A stretch of DNA of 57,897 nt from Opitutales bacterium (GTDB lineage Bacteria; Verrucomicrobiota; Verrucomicrobiia; Opitutales; UBA953): contig JBBAUX010000001.1 in the NCBI GenBank assembly GCA_040398005.1, positions 46,634 to 104,530 on the forward strand, in the 5' to 3' direction. A program made the translations under genes and the position numbers. This document shows positions 27,648 to 36,202 of the stretch, piece by piece. The stretch's first letter is position 1. Every line of letters starts with the position of its first letter. The notes under the pieces were generated by a model. It was given only the letters and a program-made list of their open reading frames with translations. It was not told the origin of the DNA and ran no database searches.

Positions 27648-28280
27648 ATGTCTCACGTTGGAAAATTCATCACTTTTGAAGGAGGCGAGGGCGCAGGTAA
27701 ATCCACTCAACTTAAAAATCTTGCTGAACACTTAACGAAGTTAGGTCGAAAAGTTATCTGTCTCCGTGAGCCCGGTGGTACGCCGCTCGGCGAAGAACTG
27801 CGAACGGTCCTCAAAAGCCCAGCCAGCAAATCCATGATGGCTGAAACCGAAGCTCTGCTCTTTGCCTCTAGCCGTGCTCAGTTGGTGGGGGAGATTATTA
27901 TCCCCGCTTTAAAGCAAGGCACCTATGTTCTTTGTGATCGTTTTGTTGATTCCACCATCGCCTATCAGTCGGGCGGACGTGGACTCGACCGATCCTTAGT
28001 CGAATCAGTAAATCGCCTCGCTTGTGGGACTTTAGCGCCTGATCTAACGATACTTTTAGATTTGGATCCTGCGCATGGCTTACGCCGTGCCTCGGCTCGC
28101 GACCAGGGCCAGGCCGATCGATTTGAATTATTAGATAATGGCTTTCACCAAAAAGTCCGTGCCGTTTATCATTCCTTAGTCGCCGCCGAACCTCAGCGCT
28201 TTTTGGTTTTGGATGCGACGCAAACTCCCTCGCAATTAGACGAGGCTATTTGGCATGAAGTCACTCGACGCTTCCTCTGA
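27648..28280 (+). CDS. tmk: Thymidylate kinase
   Basis: FITFEGGEGAGKST, REPGGT, LCDRF.DST.AYQ and PDLTILLD. Confidence 0.96.
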   Translation: MSHVGKFITFEGGEGAGKSTQLKNLAEHLTKLGRKVICLREPGGTPLGEELRTVLKSPASKSMMAETEALLFASSRAQLVGEIIIPALKQGTYVLCDRFVDSTIAYQSGGRGLDRSLVESVNRLACGTLAPDLTILLDLDPAHGLRRASARDQGQADRFELLDNGFHQKVRAVYHSLVAAEPQRFLVLDATQTPSQLDEAIWHEVTRRFL

Positions 28281-29196
28281 TATAGAAAATATTCCAGCCC
28301 TTAAGGTGCTTGCTCGGTCACGCGTTGAGGGTCGGATGCCTCACGCCGTTTTATTTACCGGTCAAAATAGCGACCTTCTACTCAAAGCCTCGGAATGGCT
28401 GGCGGGCTTATTTTTAGAAGCGAATGATCCGTTGAGTCATGCCGATTGCCGTGCGTTGCGACCTGCTAAGAAATCTCGACGTATTAATATGGAGAGTACC
28501 CTGGAAGTAGTGGGAGACTTGAGACTGACCTCCACCACCGGTCGTCGCGTGGTGATTATTTATGACGTCGATCGCTTTGCCCCCGAAGCTGCTAATTGTT
28601 TTTTAAAAACCTTAGAAGAGCCTCCCGCGGGTACGTTAATCATTTTACAGACCACTAATTATTACCGCGTATTGCCGACTATTCTGAGCCGGTCTTTGCG
28701 ATTTCACCTCGGTGGAGAGCAATCGCTCATCCAAGATGCCTCCTGGAATAATTGGTTAAAAGACTTCGAGAATTTTATCAATAAGTTGGCCACGTCCAAG
28801 CCAACCCAAAATCGCTCCACCGAAATAATCATCCCGCTTTATTCACTCTGTGCCCGTTTTGAGGTCTTATTAGAATTATTCCTCGAAGAGGCTTTGGAAA
28901 AAGCGCCACCCCCACCGATTACCGACGACGAAGATAAAAAAGATATTACCGAGGCCCACGAAGAAAATATTCGCCGCGGTATTTGGAATCGTATGCTGGT
29001 TTCCATGGAAGAAAAAATAAGATTACTGGGCCGTAGCCACCCGACACTTTCATTGCAGATTGCCAGCACCGTTACGGCCTTAGAATCCTGCCGTGTTCGC
29101 TTAGAATTAAGCTATACCCGGATTTCTGCCTTGGAGAATTTTCTCCTTCAAACGGTGCGGATTTTCTCTAACCGCCCACCGTCATCTTCAGCATAG
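28255..29196 (+). CDS. holB: DNA polymerase III delta' subunit
   Basis: RMPHAVLFTG, HAD, AANCFLKTLEEPP and LPTILSRS; follows tmk as is typical. Confidence 0.88.
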   Translation: MKSLDASSDIENIPALKVLARSRVEGRMPHAVLFTGQNSDLLLKASEWLAGLFLEANDPLSHADCRALRPAKKSRRINMESTLEVVGDLRLTSTTGRRVVIIYDVDRFAPEAANCFLKTLEEPPAGTLIILQTTNYYRVLPTILSRSLRFHLGGEQSLIQDASWNNWLKDFENFINKLATSKPTQNRSTEIIIPLYSLCARFEVLLELFLEEALEKAPPPPITDDEDKKDITEAHEENIRRGIWNRMLVSMEEKIRLLGRSHPTLSLQIASTVTALESCRVRLELSYTRISALENFLLQTVRIFSNRPPSSSA

Positions 29197-29199
29197 CTC

Positions 29200-29775
29200 A
29201 TGACGACTCCTCATTATTCTCCTTCGAGTGAAGATGAAGAGGATAAGCGTCTGATGGCACTTGTGGCGCAAGGCGATGACCAGGCCTTACGTCAACTAGT
29301 CGACCGCCATCACCCCCGCCTGGTAGGCTATCTAAAATCAGAAGTCGGTTCACAAACTACGGCCGAAGAACTCGCTATGGAGGTTTTTATTCGACTCCAT
29401 CGAGCCGCCTCGCGTTGGCGCCCTGAGGCCAAGTTATCGACTTACTTAATTCATATCGCCCATAACTTGGTCCTGAATGAATGGCGCCGTAAGAGTCGCA
29501 AGCCGACCAGCACCCTTGATTCAACACCTGAGCCGGGAGATCAAAGTCACAAATCTGCCCGCGATGTTGTCGAGTTGGAGGAATCTTTCAACCGCGCGGT
29601 CAACCAACTCCCCTTAGAACATCGCACCGCCATTATCCTGCTCGTCCAGCAGGACATGCCCTACGAAGAGATCGCCGTCGCCATGAAAGCCCCTGTTTCT
29701 TCAGTGAAAACGTGGATTCATCGGGCCCGCACCCGCCTCCGGGAACTTTTAAAAGATCATTATGAGAACCAATAA
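29200..29775 (+). CDS. ECF-type RNA polymerase sigma factor
   Basis: D..LM..V.QGD..A..LV.RH, AEELAMEVF, STYL..IAHN, LP..R..L...Y.EIA..V.SVKT.IHRAR..LR. Confidence 0.92.
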   Translation: MTTPHYSPSSEDEEDKRLMALVAQGDDQALRQLVDRHHPRLVGYLKSEVGSQTTAEELAMEVFIRLHRAASRWRPEAKLSTYLIHIAHNLVLNEWRRKSRKPTSTLDSTPEPGDQSHKSARDVVELEESFNRAVNQLPLEHRTAIILLVQQDMPYEEIAVAMKAPVSSVKTWIHRARTRLRELLKDHYENQ

Positions 29776-29822
29776 ATTTTGCAACCCGCTGACTTTTTCG
29801 GGGTTTATCTTACTGTAAGACT

Positions 29823-30188
29823 ATGAGCCAACACTCACCATCCAATCTCGAAGCCGACTTAGCGACCCACCTAGGTCGTTCTCGCGCCGTGAAGGTATCT
29901 GGTTTTGCCGACCGCGTCGTTTTAGCCGTTCACGCTTACCGTCGCCGCCAAATTATTCGTTGGTCATCTTTCGCCACCTCCATGGCCGCCTGTTTGGTTG
30001 CTAGCTTAGTTTATTTCAGCGGACCCCCGGAAGAATCTCTGATTCAGCAAACTCAATTCTTAGTTCGTAGCGATGAAGCTTCACAATTAAGTGCACTCTT
30101 AGGCATGGCCGACGATTTATCAATGCTTAGCCCGGTCGTTGATCAAAATTCCTTAGTCGTCGAAGTCCTCAATAAATCAGAAATCTAA
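29823..30188 (+). CDS. Small single-TM protein, putative anti-sigma factor
   Basis: GFADRV motif, then basic RRRQ and one TM helix (SMAACLVASLVYF); directly downstream of the ECF sigma. Confidence 0.6.
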   Translation: MSQHSPSNLEADLATHLGRSRAVKVSGFADRVVLAVHAYRRRQIIRWSSFATSMAACLVASLVYFSGPPEESLIQQTQFLVRSDEASQLSALLGMADDLSMLSPVVDQNSLVVEVLNKSEI

Positions 30189-30192
30189 AAGC

Positions 30193-30795
30193 ATGCGTCA
30201 CTTCACATTTATTTTTCTAATGGCTGCTGTGCAATGTGTTGCCGCGGACGAAAAGCCCAAATTATCTACCGATGCTTCGCGCCCAAATCCAGGCAATGAA
30301 CCTTCGGTTGAAGAAGTTCAGACGATGCGCAAAATTTTAGAATTACCTCCCGAACGTTTAGCCAAAATGCGATCCGCGATGGAGCGTATCGAAAAAATGT
30401 CGCCTGAGGAACGTAAGGATTTTGCAGCGACTCTCGCTAAGTTAGAGAATGCTAGTCCCGAAGAGCGTAAAAAAGCACTGAAGGAAATGCGCGAAAAAAC
30501 CGGGCCGAGTGGTCTCGGTGGCAAGGTTTTTGAACACCATTTAAAACAACTTTCCGCCGACGAAGCGAAACAGGAGCGTGCTAATTTCGTAAAACTTTCA
30601 TCGGAAGAGCGCCAACAATACATCCGTAAATTATTAGAAAAATATTCGGCGGACCTACCCAAGATTCGCGCCGACGGGAAGTCGAAGGACAAAGACGGGG
30701 ACAAAGATAAGGACAAGGACGGCGATCAAAATAAAGAGGGTGAACGTGGCGGCCACCGTCGCGCACCGCCTGCGGAAGCTCCCCCTGTTCAGTAA
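30193..30795 (+). CDS. Secreted helical protein, DUF3106-like
   Basis: Signal peptide; repeated (M/A/L)S(P/S)EER helical units; KD-rich tail; third gene of the ECF module. Confidence 0.55.
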   Translation: MRHFTFIFLMAAVQCVAADEKPKLSTDASRPNPGNEPSVEEVQTMRKILELPPERLAKMRSAMERIEKMSPEERKDFAATLAKLENASPEERKKALKEMREKTGPSGLGGKVFEHHLKQLSADEAKQERANFVKLSSEERQQYIRKLLEKYSADLPKIRADGKSKDKDGDKDKDKDGDQNKEGERGGHRRAPPAEAPPVQ

Positions 30796-31649
30796 TCAAA
30801 ATGCTCGCCGCTTTTCCAGCGGTTGTGCGCCCAGAGCCAATCCGCACAAACTTCATCGGAGCTTTGTAACTGTTGCGCTAACCAGGCATTGGACTCTTCC
30901 GTCAGTGCCCCAGAGTCTTTGGCTTTTAATTCAAAGGCGTTGAGCTCGCAGCGCCAAAACCCGGTCCGGTGAGCCCAGAAAATTCTAGCCTCTGCATGAA
31001 ATCTTTGGGTAATGATTCCTGGAAGATTCGTCACCGCGCAGGTTCGATTGAGAAACTTGAGCGGAATGCCTTGGTGGGTATTCTGATCGAATAAGACACA
31101 GGCGACCCCGCCTTGTCGGACCGCTTCCATGGTTCGACCAAAGCCTTCGCGCCGCGAAACTAATTTCATGCCAAACCGTTCCCGCGATTTCTTAATCCAG
31201 TTTTCGGCCGCTGCTAAATCAAGCGGACGGTAGAGCGTCACCCAGTTTCGTTGGGCTAAACTAGGGTCGAGAAGTCTAATGGTCGTCATCATCTCCATTA
31301 AAGAAAAATGGGGTACAAAACAGACCGTACCTTTTTCTGAGTTATTCAGTCGGCTCGCTCCCGTTAAGATGCTCGGATTCAGTTTAACTCGGGAGATTAA
31401 TTCTTTTTCGGAGAGCGCAGCTGAAGCGGTTCCAAAAAGACTCATCTCCGCTGTCCGCTGACAGGAAAGTTTACCAATTTTTTTCCACCATGTTTTATCT
31501 TTTTCTGGAAAAGCCTGCTGCAAATTATTTAAAACAATTTCTCGACGAAGGAACCAAATACACTGGCCCAAGATCCACGCGTTGACTCGCGCAAAAACCT
31601 CAGGCAGATTAGCTAAAAGCCAAGCGTAGGTGGCAATTAGGAGATACAT
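30789..31649 (-). CDS. Lipid A late acyltransferase (LpxL/HtrB family)
   Basis: RREIV.NNL.QAFPE, H-X4-E (HFSLME), YRPL, LFDQN and WLWAHNRWK. Confidence 0.82.
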   Translation of the reverse strand: MYLLIATYAWLLANLPEVFARVNAWILGQCIWFLRREIVLNNLQQAFPEKDKTWWKKIGKLSCQRTAEMSLFGTASAALSEKELISRVKLNPSILTGASRLNNSEKGTVCFVPHFSLMEMMTTIRLLDPSLAQRNWVTLYRPLDLAAAENWIKKSRERFGMKLVSRREGFGRTMEAVRQGGVACVLFDQNTHQGIPLKFLNRTCAVTNLPGIITQRFHAEARIFWAHRTGFWRCELNAFELKAKDSGALTEESNAWLAQQLQSSDEVCADWLWAHNRWKSGEHFDY

Positions 31650-31658
31650 CGTGATTGC

Positions 31659-32384
31659 TTAGCGCCCCTCGAGTTTAAGGACTTCTTTAATGTCAGGTAC
31701 CGTAATCATACGACGACCTAAATCATCGCGTGCAAAATATTTATCGGGTTGCCGCACCAAATCAAAAGGTTCTTCGGGCAAATTATCTTCATCGAATTCC
31801 ATTTCATCGACCGCATCGATTTCATCAAAGATATGGCTCATCCGCAACGGGTCGCCTTCAATGACTGCTGCGGGGTTATGTAAGCGACCTTCTTTTAAGA
31901 AATTAAAGAAGAGACACGGATAAAAACTATTTTCGTACTTCTCTAAAAATTTACTCATGAATTGACCGGGCACTTCCCAGCGACGATTTAAGACAACGGC
32001 ATCGGAAAAATGGATGCAGGCTTCGTACCATTCGGAAAGCTCGGGGTGGCGATGCGCGAGTGCACAATCCACCACCGTGATGACGCGTTGAATTTGCCAA
32101 TCGGAATTCGTGACGCGTTGGTGAATAGCTTCCATCTGATCGATGGTGGAGAGCCGTCCATTTGTAATCAGGATGCTGGCGGCTTCCTCCGCGGGTTGAG
32201 GTACGCGGGCTTCTCCTTCTTTAAAGGTCCAACGCTCCGCACGGGTCGCGTTCTCTGCAGTCTCGGCACTCTCCGCTAAAATACGAATCGCTTTACCTTC
32301 CACCCAGGCGTTGTCCGCGAGTTCTTTCACGACGGCCGAACGGCCCGATCCAGCAATCCCGAGAACGATGATGAGCGGGGTCAT
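31659..32384 (-). CDS. CobW/G3E-like P-loop protein, degenerate
   Basis: [12 protein letters not shown] (Walker A-like), RVITVVD and FSDAVVLNR; acidic C-terminus; ATGA overlap with aroC. Confidence 0.55.
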   Translation of the reverse strand: MTPLIIVLGIAGSGRSAVVKELADNAWVEGKAIRILAESAETAENATRAERWTFKEGEARVPQPAEEAASILITNGRLSTIDQMEAIHQRVTNSDWQIQRVITVVDCALAHRHPELSEWYEACIHFSDAVVLNRRWEVPGQFMSKFLEKYENSFYPCLFFNFLKEGRLHNPAAVIEGDPLRMSHIFDEIDAVDEMEFDEDNLPEEPFDLVRQPDKYFARDDLGRRMITVPDIKEVLKLEGR

Positions 32385-33490
32385 GCTTTACGTCCGCAGC
32401 GTCCGAAAGATTCATTTTGTCCACGATCGCGAATCCAGTGATCGACGGCCACGAGTGCGGCCATGGCTTCAACAATCGGGACCGCACGTGGTAAGACGCA
32501 CGGATCGTGACGTCCTTTGGCCGCGAGTGAGGTTTCTTTACCATCCGGACGCACAGTTTTTTGTTTTTGTAAAATGGTGGCGGTGGGTTTGAACGCGATA
32601 CGGAAGACGACATCTTCGCCGTTGGTAATACCGCCTTGCGTTCCACCCGAGCGATTAGTGGCGGTGCGAATCCGTCCGCCTTTTTTGACGAACAAATCAT
32701 TATGTTGGCTACCCATCAATTGAGTGCCCGCAAAACCACTACCGATTTCAAAACCTTTCGTCGCTGGTAACGAAAGCATCGCCTTCGCTAAATCAGCTTC
32801 GAAGCGATCAAAGACCGGAGAACCTAAGCCCGCAGGTAGTCCCGAGATCACACAGCATATTACGCCGCCCACGGAATCTCCATGGCTACGTGCACTGCGA
32901 ATACATTGCTCAATTTTTTCTGCAGTCGCAGGATGCGGACAGCGGCTGGGACTTGCATCGACTTGTTTTTGCGTCGGAGTTTTTGCCAGCGCTGGCATTT
33001 GAATATTGGCGACGCTTTCCACCCACGCGGTAATTTTTGCACCACAAGCATGATCAAGAATAGTTTTCGCTAACGCACCAGCGGCAACACGTGCAGCCGT
33101 TTCACGAGCGGAAGAACGTCCGCCACCTTCGACCGCCCGAATACCATATTTAGAATCGTAAGTGAAGTCGGCGTGCGATGGACGGTAGGCCGATTTCATT
33201 TCGGTGTAGGCCGAAGGACGTTGATCTTTATTGCGAACGATAATCGCAATGGGCGAACCCAAGGTAAGTCCATCGGGGGAGATACCGGATAAAATTTCGG
33301 GCTGATCTTCTTCTTTGCGTTGCGTGGTTAAATCGCTCTGTCCGGGGCGACGACGCGCTAATTCCTTTTTAAGAAATTCCAAATCAAAGGGGACGCGGGG
33401 AGGGCAGCCTTCGATGACCACGCCCAAGGCGGGACCGTGACTTTCTCCGAAAGTCGCAATGCGAAAGCTGTGTCCAAAAATATTTCCCAT
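32381..33490 (-). CDS. aroC: Chorismate synthase
   Basis: [37 protein letters not shown] and GRHDPCV; start MGNIFG at 33490. Confidence 0.97.
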   Translation of the reverse strand: MGNIFGHSFRIATFGESHGPALGVVIEGCPPRVPFDLEFLKKELARRRPGQSDLTTQRKEEDQPEILSGISPDGLTLGSPIAIIVRNKDQRPSAYTEMKSAYRPSHADFTYDSKYGIRAVEGGGRSSARETAARVAAGALAKTILDHACGAKITAWVESVANIQMPALAKTPTQKQVDASPSRCPHPATAEKIEQCIRSARSHGDSVGGVICCVISGLPAGLGSPVFDRFEADLAKAMLSLPATKGFEIGSGFAGTQLMGSQHNDLFVKKGGRIRTATNRSGGTQGGITNGEDVVFRIAFKPTATILQKQKTVRPDGKETSLAAKGRHDPCVLPRAVPIVEAMAALVAVDHWIRDRGQNESFGRCGRKA

Positions 33491-33517
33491 GTGTGTTAAG
33501 ATTATTATCGTAAATAA

Positions 33518-33551
33518 GAACGCCGCCAAGCCGAATGGCTGGGCGGCGTTC
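33518..33551 (-). terminator. Hairpin terminator after DUF3568 gene
   Basis: GAACGCCGCC-A-AGCC-GAAT-GGCT-G-GGCGGCGTTC, followed on the minus strand by TTATTT. Confidence 0.7.
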
Positions 33552-33575
33552 CATTAGGCGGTTCCGCCCGCCCTT

Positions 33576-34004
33576 TTATCGGCGAACGTTAGCAGAGATT
33601 TTGGAAACCAGCTGCTGACTTTGTTCGCAATTACCGAAGAAGCCATATTTCACAGTGACCTGTGTGTAGGACTCTTTAGTTTTTTCGTCTTGGATTTTAG
33701 TGACGTTGATCTTCACTTCTAAGTCACCAATCGCACGAGCGAAGACGGTGGTGTCGAAAAGTTGACCTTCAGAATTGTGCTGGGTTTCGCCCATGCGCTT
33801 CATGATGTCGCTCTGTTGATCCACTGCACGCTTAACGGCGTTGAAGACAACTTCAGGCTCCGCTTTATATTTAGTAGTTAAGGTGCCAGTGATGTTGGAG
33901 AACATCGAACCGGAGTTATCTGGATTATCTACGCCCACGTAGGTGGTGCAGCCAGTAAAGGTGATAGCTGTAGCGAGGAGGGCGTAAGTGACGGCGTTCT
34001 TCAT
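33576..34004 (-). CDS. DUF3568-like lipoprotein
   Basis: MKNAV..FTGC lipobox; T.V.VKYGFFG...SQQL..KI C-terminal pattern. Confidence 0.65.
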   Translation of the reverse strand: MKNAVTYALLATAITFTGCTTYVGVDNPDNSGSMFSNITGTLTTKYKAEPEVVFNAVKRAVDQQSDIMKRMGETQHNSEGQLFDTTVFARAIGDLEVKINVTKIQDEKTKESYTQVTVKYGFFGNCEQSQQLVSKISANVRR

Positions 34005-34335
34005 AATTAGGTGTAATTCGGTAATAATTAAAGAGCACACCCCTGCTATGAAGGCAAACCCTTTCGCCCATGCCGATTATCGGCCCCCCAGGAGAATAAT
34101 GTAATGACTATCTGAATACAAAAAGCAGACTAAAATACATTTTAACCCTTATTCTATTGGGTTAAATCGATGTTTTATTCTAAAAAAATTGGCTTTAAAT
34201 CCATAAAATATTCATAAGTACATGAATAGCAGGTAGATATGTATTTTATGAGCGAAATTTGTCATAAAACAGATATTTTGGACGATCGCGCCTGTGAATG
34301 GTGTGAATATTAACCTGGGGCTAAAATCTTGACGG

Positions 34336-34369
34336 GTGGGGCGTAGTGGTTGAAAGTGGGTGTACTGGG
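34336..34369 (+). promoter_or_regulatory. MraZ binding repeats / dcw promoter
   Basis: GTGG at 34336, 34346 and 34356 (10-bp period) plus CTGGG at 34365, immediately after TTGACG (34329). Matches the known TGGG/GTGG MraZ operator. Confidence 0.8.
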
Positions 34370-34387
34370 TTAACGCTCCCATATCTC

Positions 34388-34846
34388 ATGTCTATTGGTT
34401 CAAATCATTCTCTCTTCACAGGAATCCATCACGGAAAGTTGGATGAGAAGAATCGTGTCACCATTCCAGCGGCCTGGCGTTTTGAAGGAACTGCGGAAAC
34501 AAGTTTTTTAGCGATGTATCATCCCGCGGTCGGATCGATTGTCGTTTTTCCTCCCTCGATGGTAAAGCGCATTTCAGATGCAGCTCTCCAAGTCACCGTG
34601 AGTGATCCTGATAAAATGGATGCGCTCAGTTTATTAGGTGCTAATAGTATTCAAGTTTCCTGCGACAAAGCGGGCCGCATTACACTCAATGATCACGTGG
34701 TGAAAGAAGCGCATCTCGATCGCGATGTAATTTTCAAAGGTGGTTTCACGACGTTTCAAATCTCGGCCAAAAATCCACCCAAGACCGATCGCGATTCCGA
34801 ACGCACCCGGATTATTCTCCGCGCACTGCGTGAACTCGGAATTTAA
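34388..34846 (+). CDS. mraZ: Transcriptional regulator MraZ
   Basis: LDEKNRVTIPAAWR and CDKAGRITL duplicated AbrB motifs; first gene of dcw. Confidence 0.9.
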   Translation: MSIGSNHSLFTGIHHGKLDEKNRVTIPAAWRFEGTAETSFLAMYHPAVGSIVVFPPSMVKRISDAALQVTVSDPDKMDALSLLGANSIQVSCDKAGRITLNDHVVKEAHLDRDVIFKGGFTTFQISAKNPPKTDRDSERTRIILRALRELGI

Positions 34847-34901
34847 TTTGTATCCAAAAGATACTTACACAATTCACACCTTATTCACAATTAATTTTTA
34901 A

Positions 34902-35819
34902 ATGACGAGTCACGTCCCAGTTTTACTCGAGGAGTGTTTAGCTTTGCTCAACCCTGAGTCGGGTCGTGCCTATTTAGACTGTACGTTTGGTGGCGGTGGA
35001 CATGCGACCGCGATTTTAGAGCGCGCCGAAAATATTACACTCGACGTGATGGATCGTGATCCCGCGGCCCTCGAACGTGCGCAATCACTCCTCGAGCGTT
35101 TCCCAAAAAACTTTCGTTTTCATTCAGAAGATTTTCGTAACCTTGACCGCGTTCCGGGGTCGTTTGACGGTGTTATGATGGACATTGGGGTGTCTTCTCA
35201 TCAGTTGGATATCCCGGAACGCGGTTTCTCTTTTCGCTACGATGCGCCGAACGATATGCGCATGGATACGCGCAAGGGCCGGACCGCTGCCGAGTTTTTA
35301 GAACGCGCCACCCGAACCGACTTAGAAAAAGCGGTTCGCGATTACGGTGAAGAGCCTCGCTGGTTTCGTATTGTGAATGCCATCGAAGCTGCGCGCGGTA
35401 CTGGACGTCTATCCCGCACCACAGCCTTTGCCGAATTAGTGGCCGAAGTTGCCCCGAATCCTCCCGGTCCCCGCGGTCCACATCCCGCCACCAAAACTTT
35501 TCAAGGTGTCCGCATCGCGATTAATGATGAGTTAGGCGCCTTAGCCGAAGCGTTACCGAAGGCTTTTGAAAAATTAAAACAAGGCGGCGTCTTAGTCGTC
35601 ATCTCTTTCCACTCACTCGAAGATCGCATGGTGAAGCGCTATATGAATGACGTCAGTGGTCGTCCGATTCATCGCGATGATAATCGCGGACAAGATGAAC
35701 GCGTTAAACTAGCCGAACTTTTAACCCGTAAAGCGATTCAGCCATCGGAAGCTGAACAAACCCGCAACCCTCGCAGCCGTTCCGCCCGCTTGCGCGCCGT
35801 CCGCCGACTCACCGCATGA
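34902..35819 (+). CDS. rsmH: 16S rRNA m4C1402 methyltransferase
   Basis: HVPVLL, DCTFGGGGH, DIGVSSHQLD..RGFSF, ISFHSLEDR and NPRSRSARLR. Confidence 0.97.
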   Translation: MTSHVPVLLEECLALLNPESGRAYLDCTFGGGGHATAILERAENITLDVMDRDPAALERAQSLLERFPKNFRFHSEDFRNLDRVPGSFDGVMMDIGVSSHQLDIPERGFSFRYDAPNDMRMDTRKGRTAAEFLERATRTDLEKAVRDYGEEPRWFRIVNAIEAARGTGRLSRTTAFAELVAEVAPNPPGPRGPHPATKTFQGVRIAINDELGALAEALPKAFEKLKQGGVLVVISFHSLEDRMVKRYMNDVSGRPIHRDDNRGQDERVKLAELLTRKAIQPSEAEQTRNPRSRSARLRAVRRLTA

Positions 35820-36202
35820 ACGCCCGCCGATTTTTCTTTGCCGTGATGGTCATTATCTCCATCGCCACCGGTGCATTAGGGATGATTGGTATTATGAAAC
35901 TTCGTCTACGTTCGGATGATGTGGGCGTTAGCATTGTCCGTTTAGAACGCTCCATTGCTGACGCTAAAAAAGAATTAGATGCTTTGAAACGTCAGCGCGA
36001 TATCAGCCAAGATACGGTCAAGCTCAGTGAAAAAGCCGGCGAAAAATTTAAATTACCGAAGCCCGAACAAGTGACTTGGCTCCGCGTCTCTGGTCCTACT
36101 TTACCCGCCACCTCCGCACGGACTACTCCGAGCCCAAGAGTGGCGGCACTCGATCTTACCTTTCGCCCACCAGCTGAAATGGGAGGGCCCCGCTCCCGAT
36201 GA
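35816..36202 (+). CDS. ftsL: Cell division protein FtsL-like
   Basis: N-terminal TM plus coiled coil; position between rsmH and ftsI. Confidence 0.6.
   Translation: MNARRFFFAVMVIISIATGALGMIGIMKLRLRSDDVGVSIVRLERSIADAKKELDALKRQRDISQDTVKLSEKAGEKFKLPKPEQVTWLRVSGPTLPATSARTTPSPRVAALDLTFRPPAEMGGPRSR

Noticed and set aside
30670..30740. GACAAR-type short repeats
   Set aside because: They encode a low-complexity Lys/Asp tail of the DUF3106-like protein and are not a separate element.
34259..34276. Pho-box-like TTGTCATAAAACAGATAT upstream of mraZ
   Set aside because: The second half-site is poor, the context is AT-rich, and there is no suitably spaced -10 or phosphate-related target.
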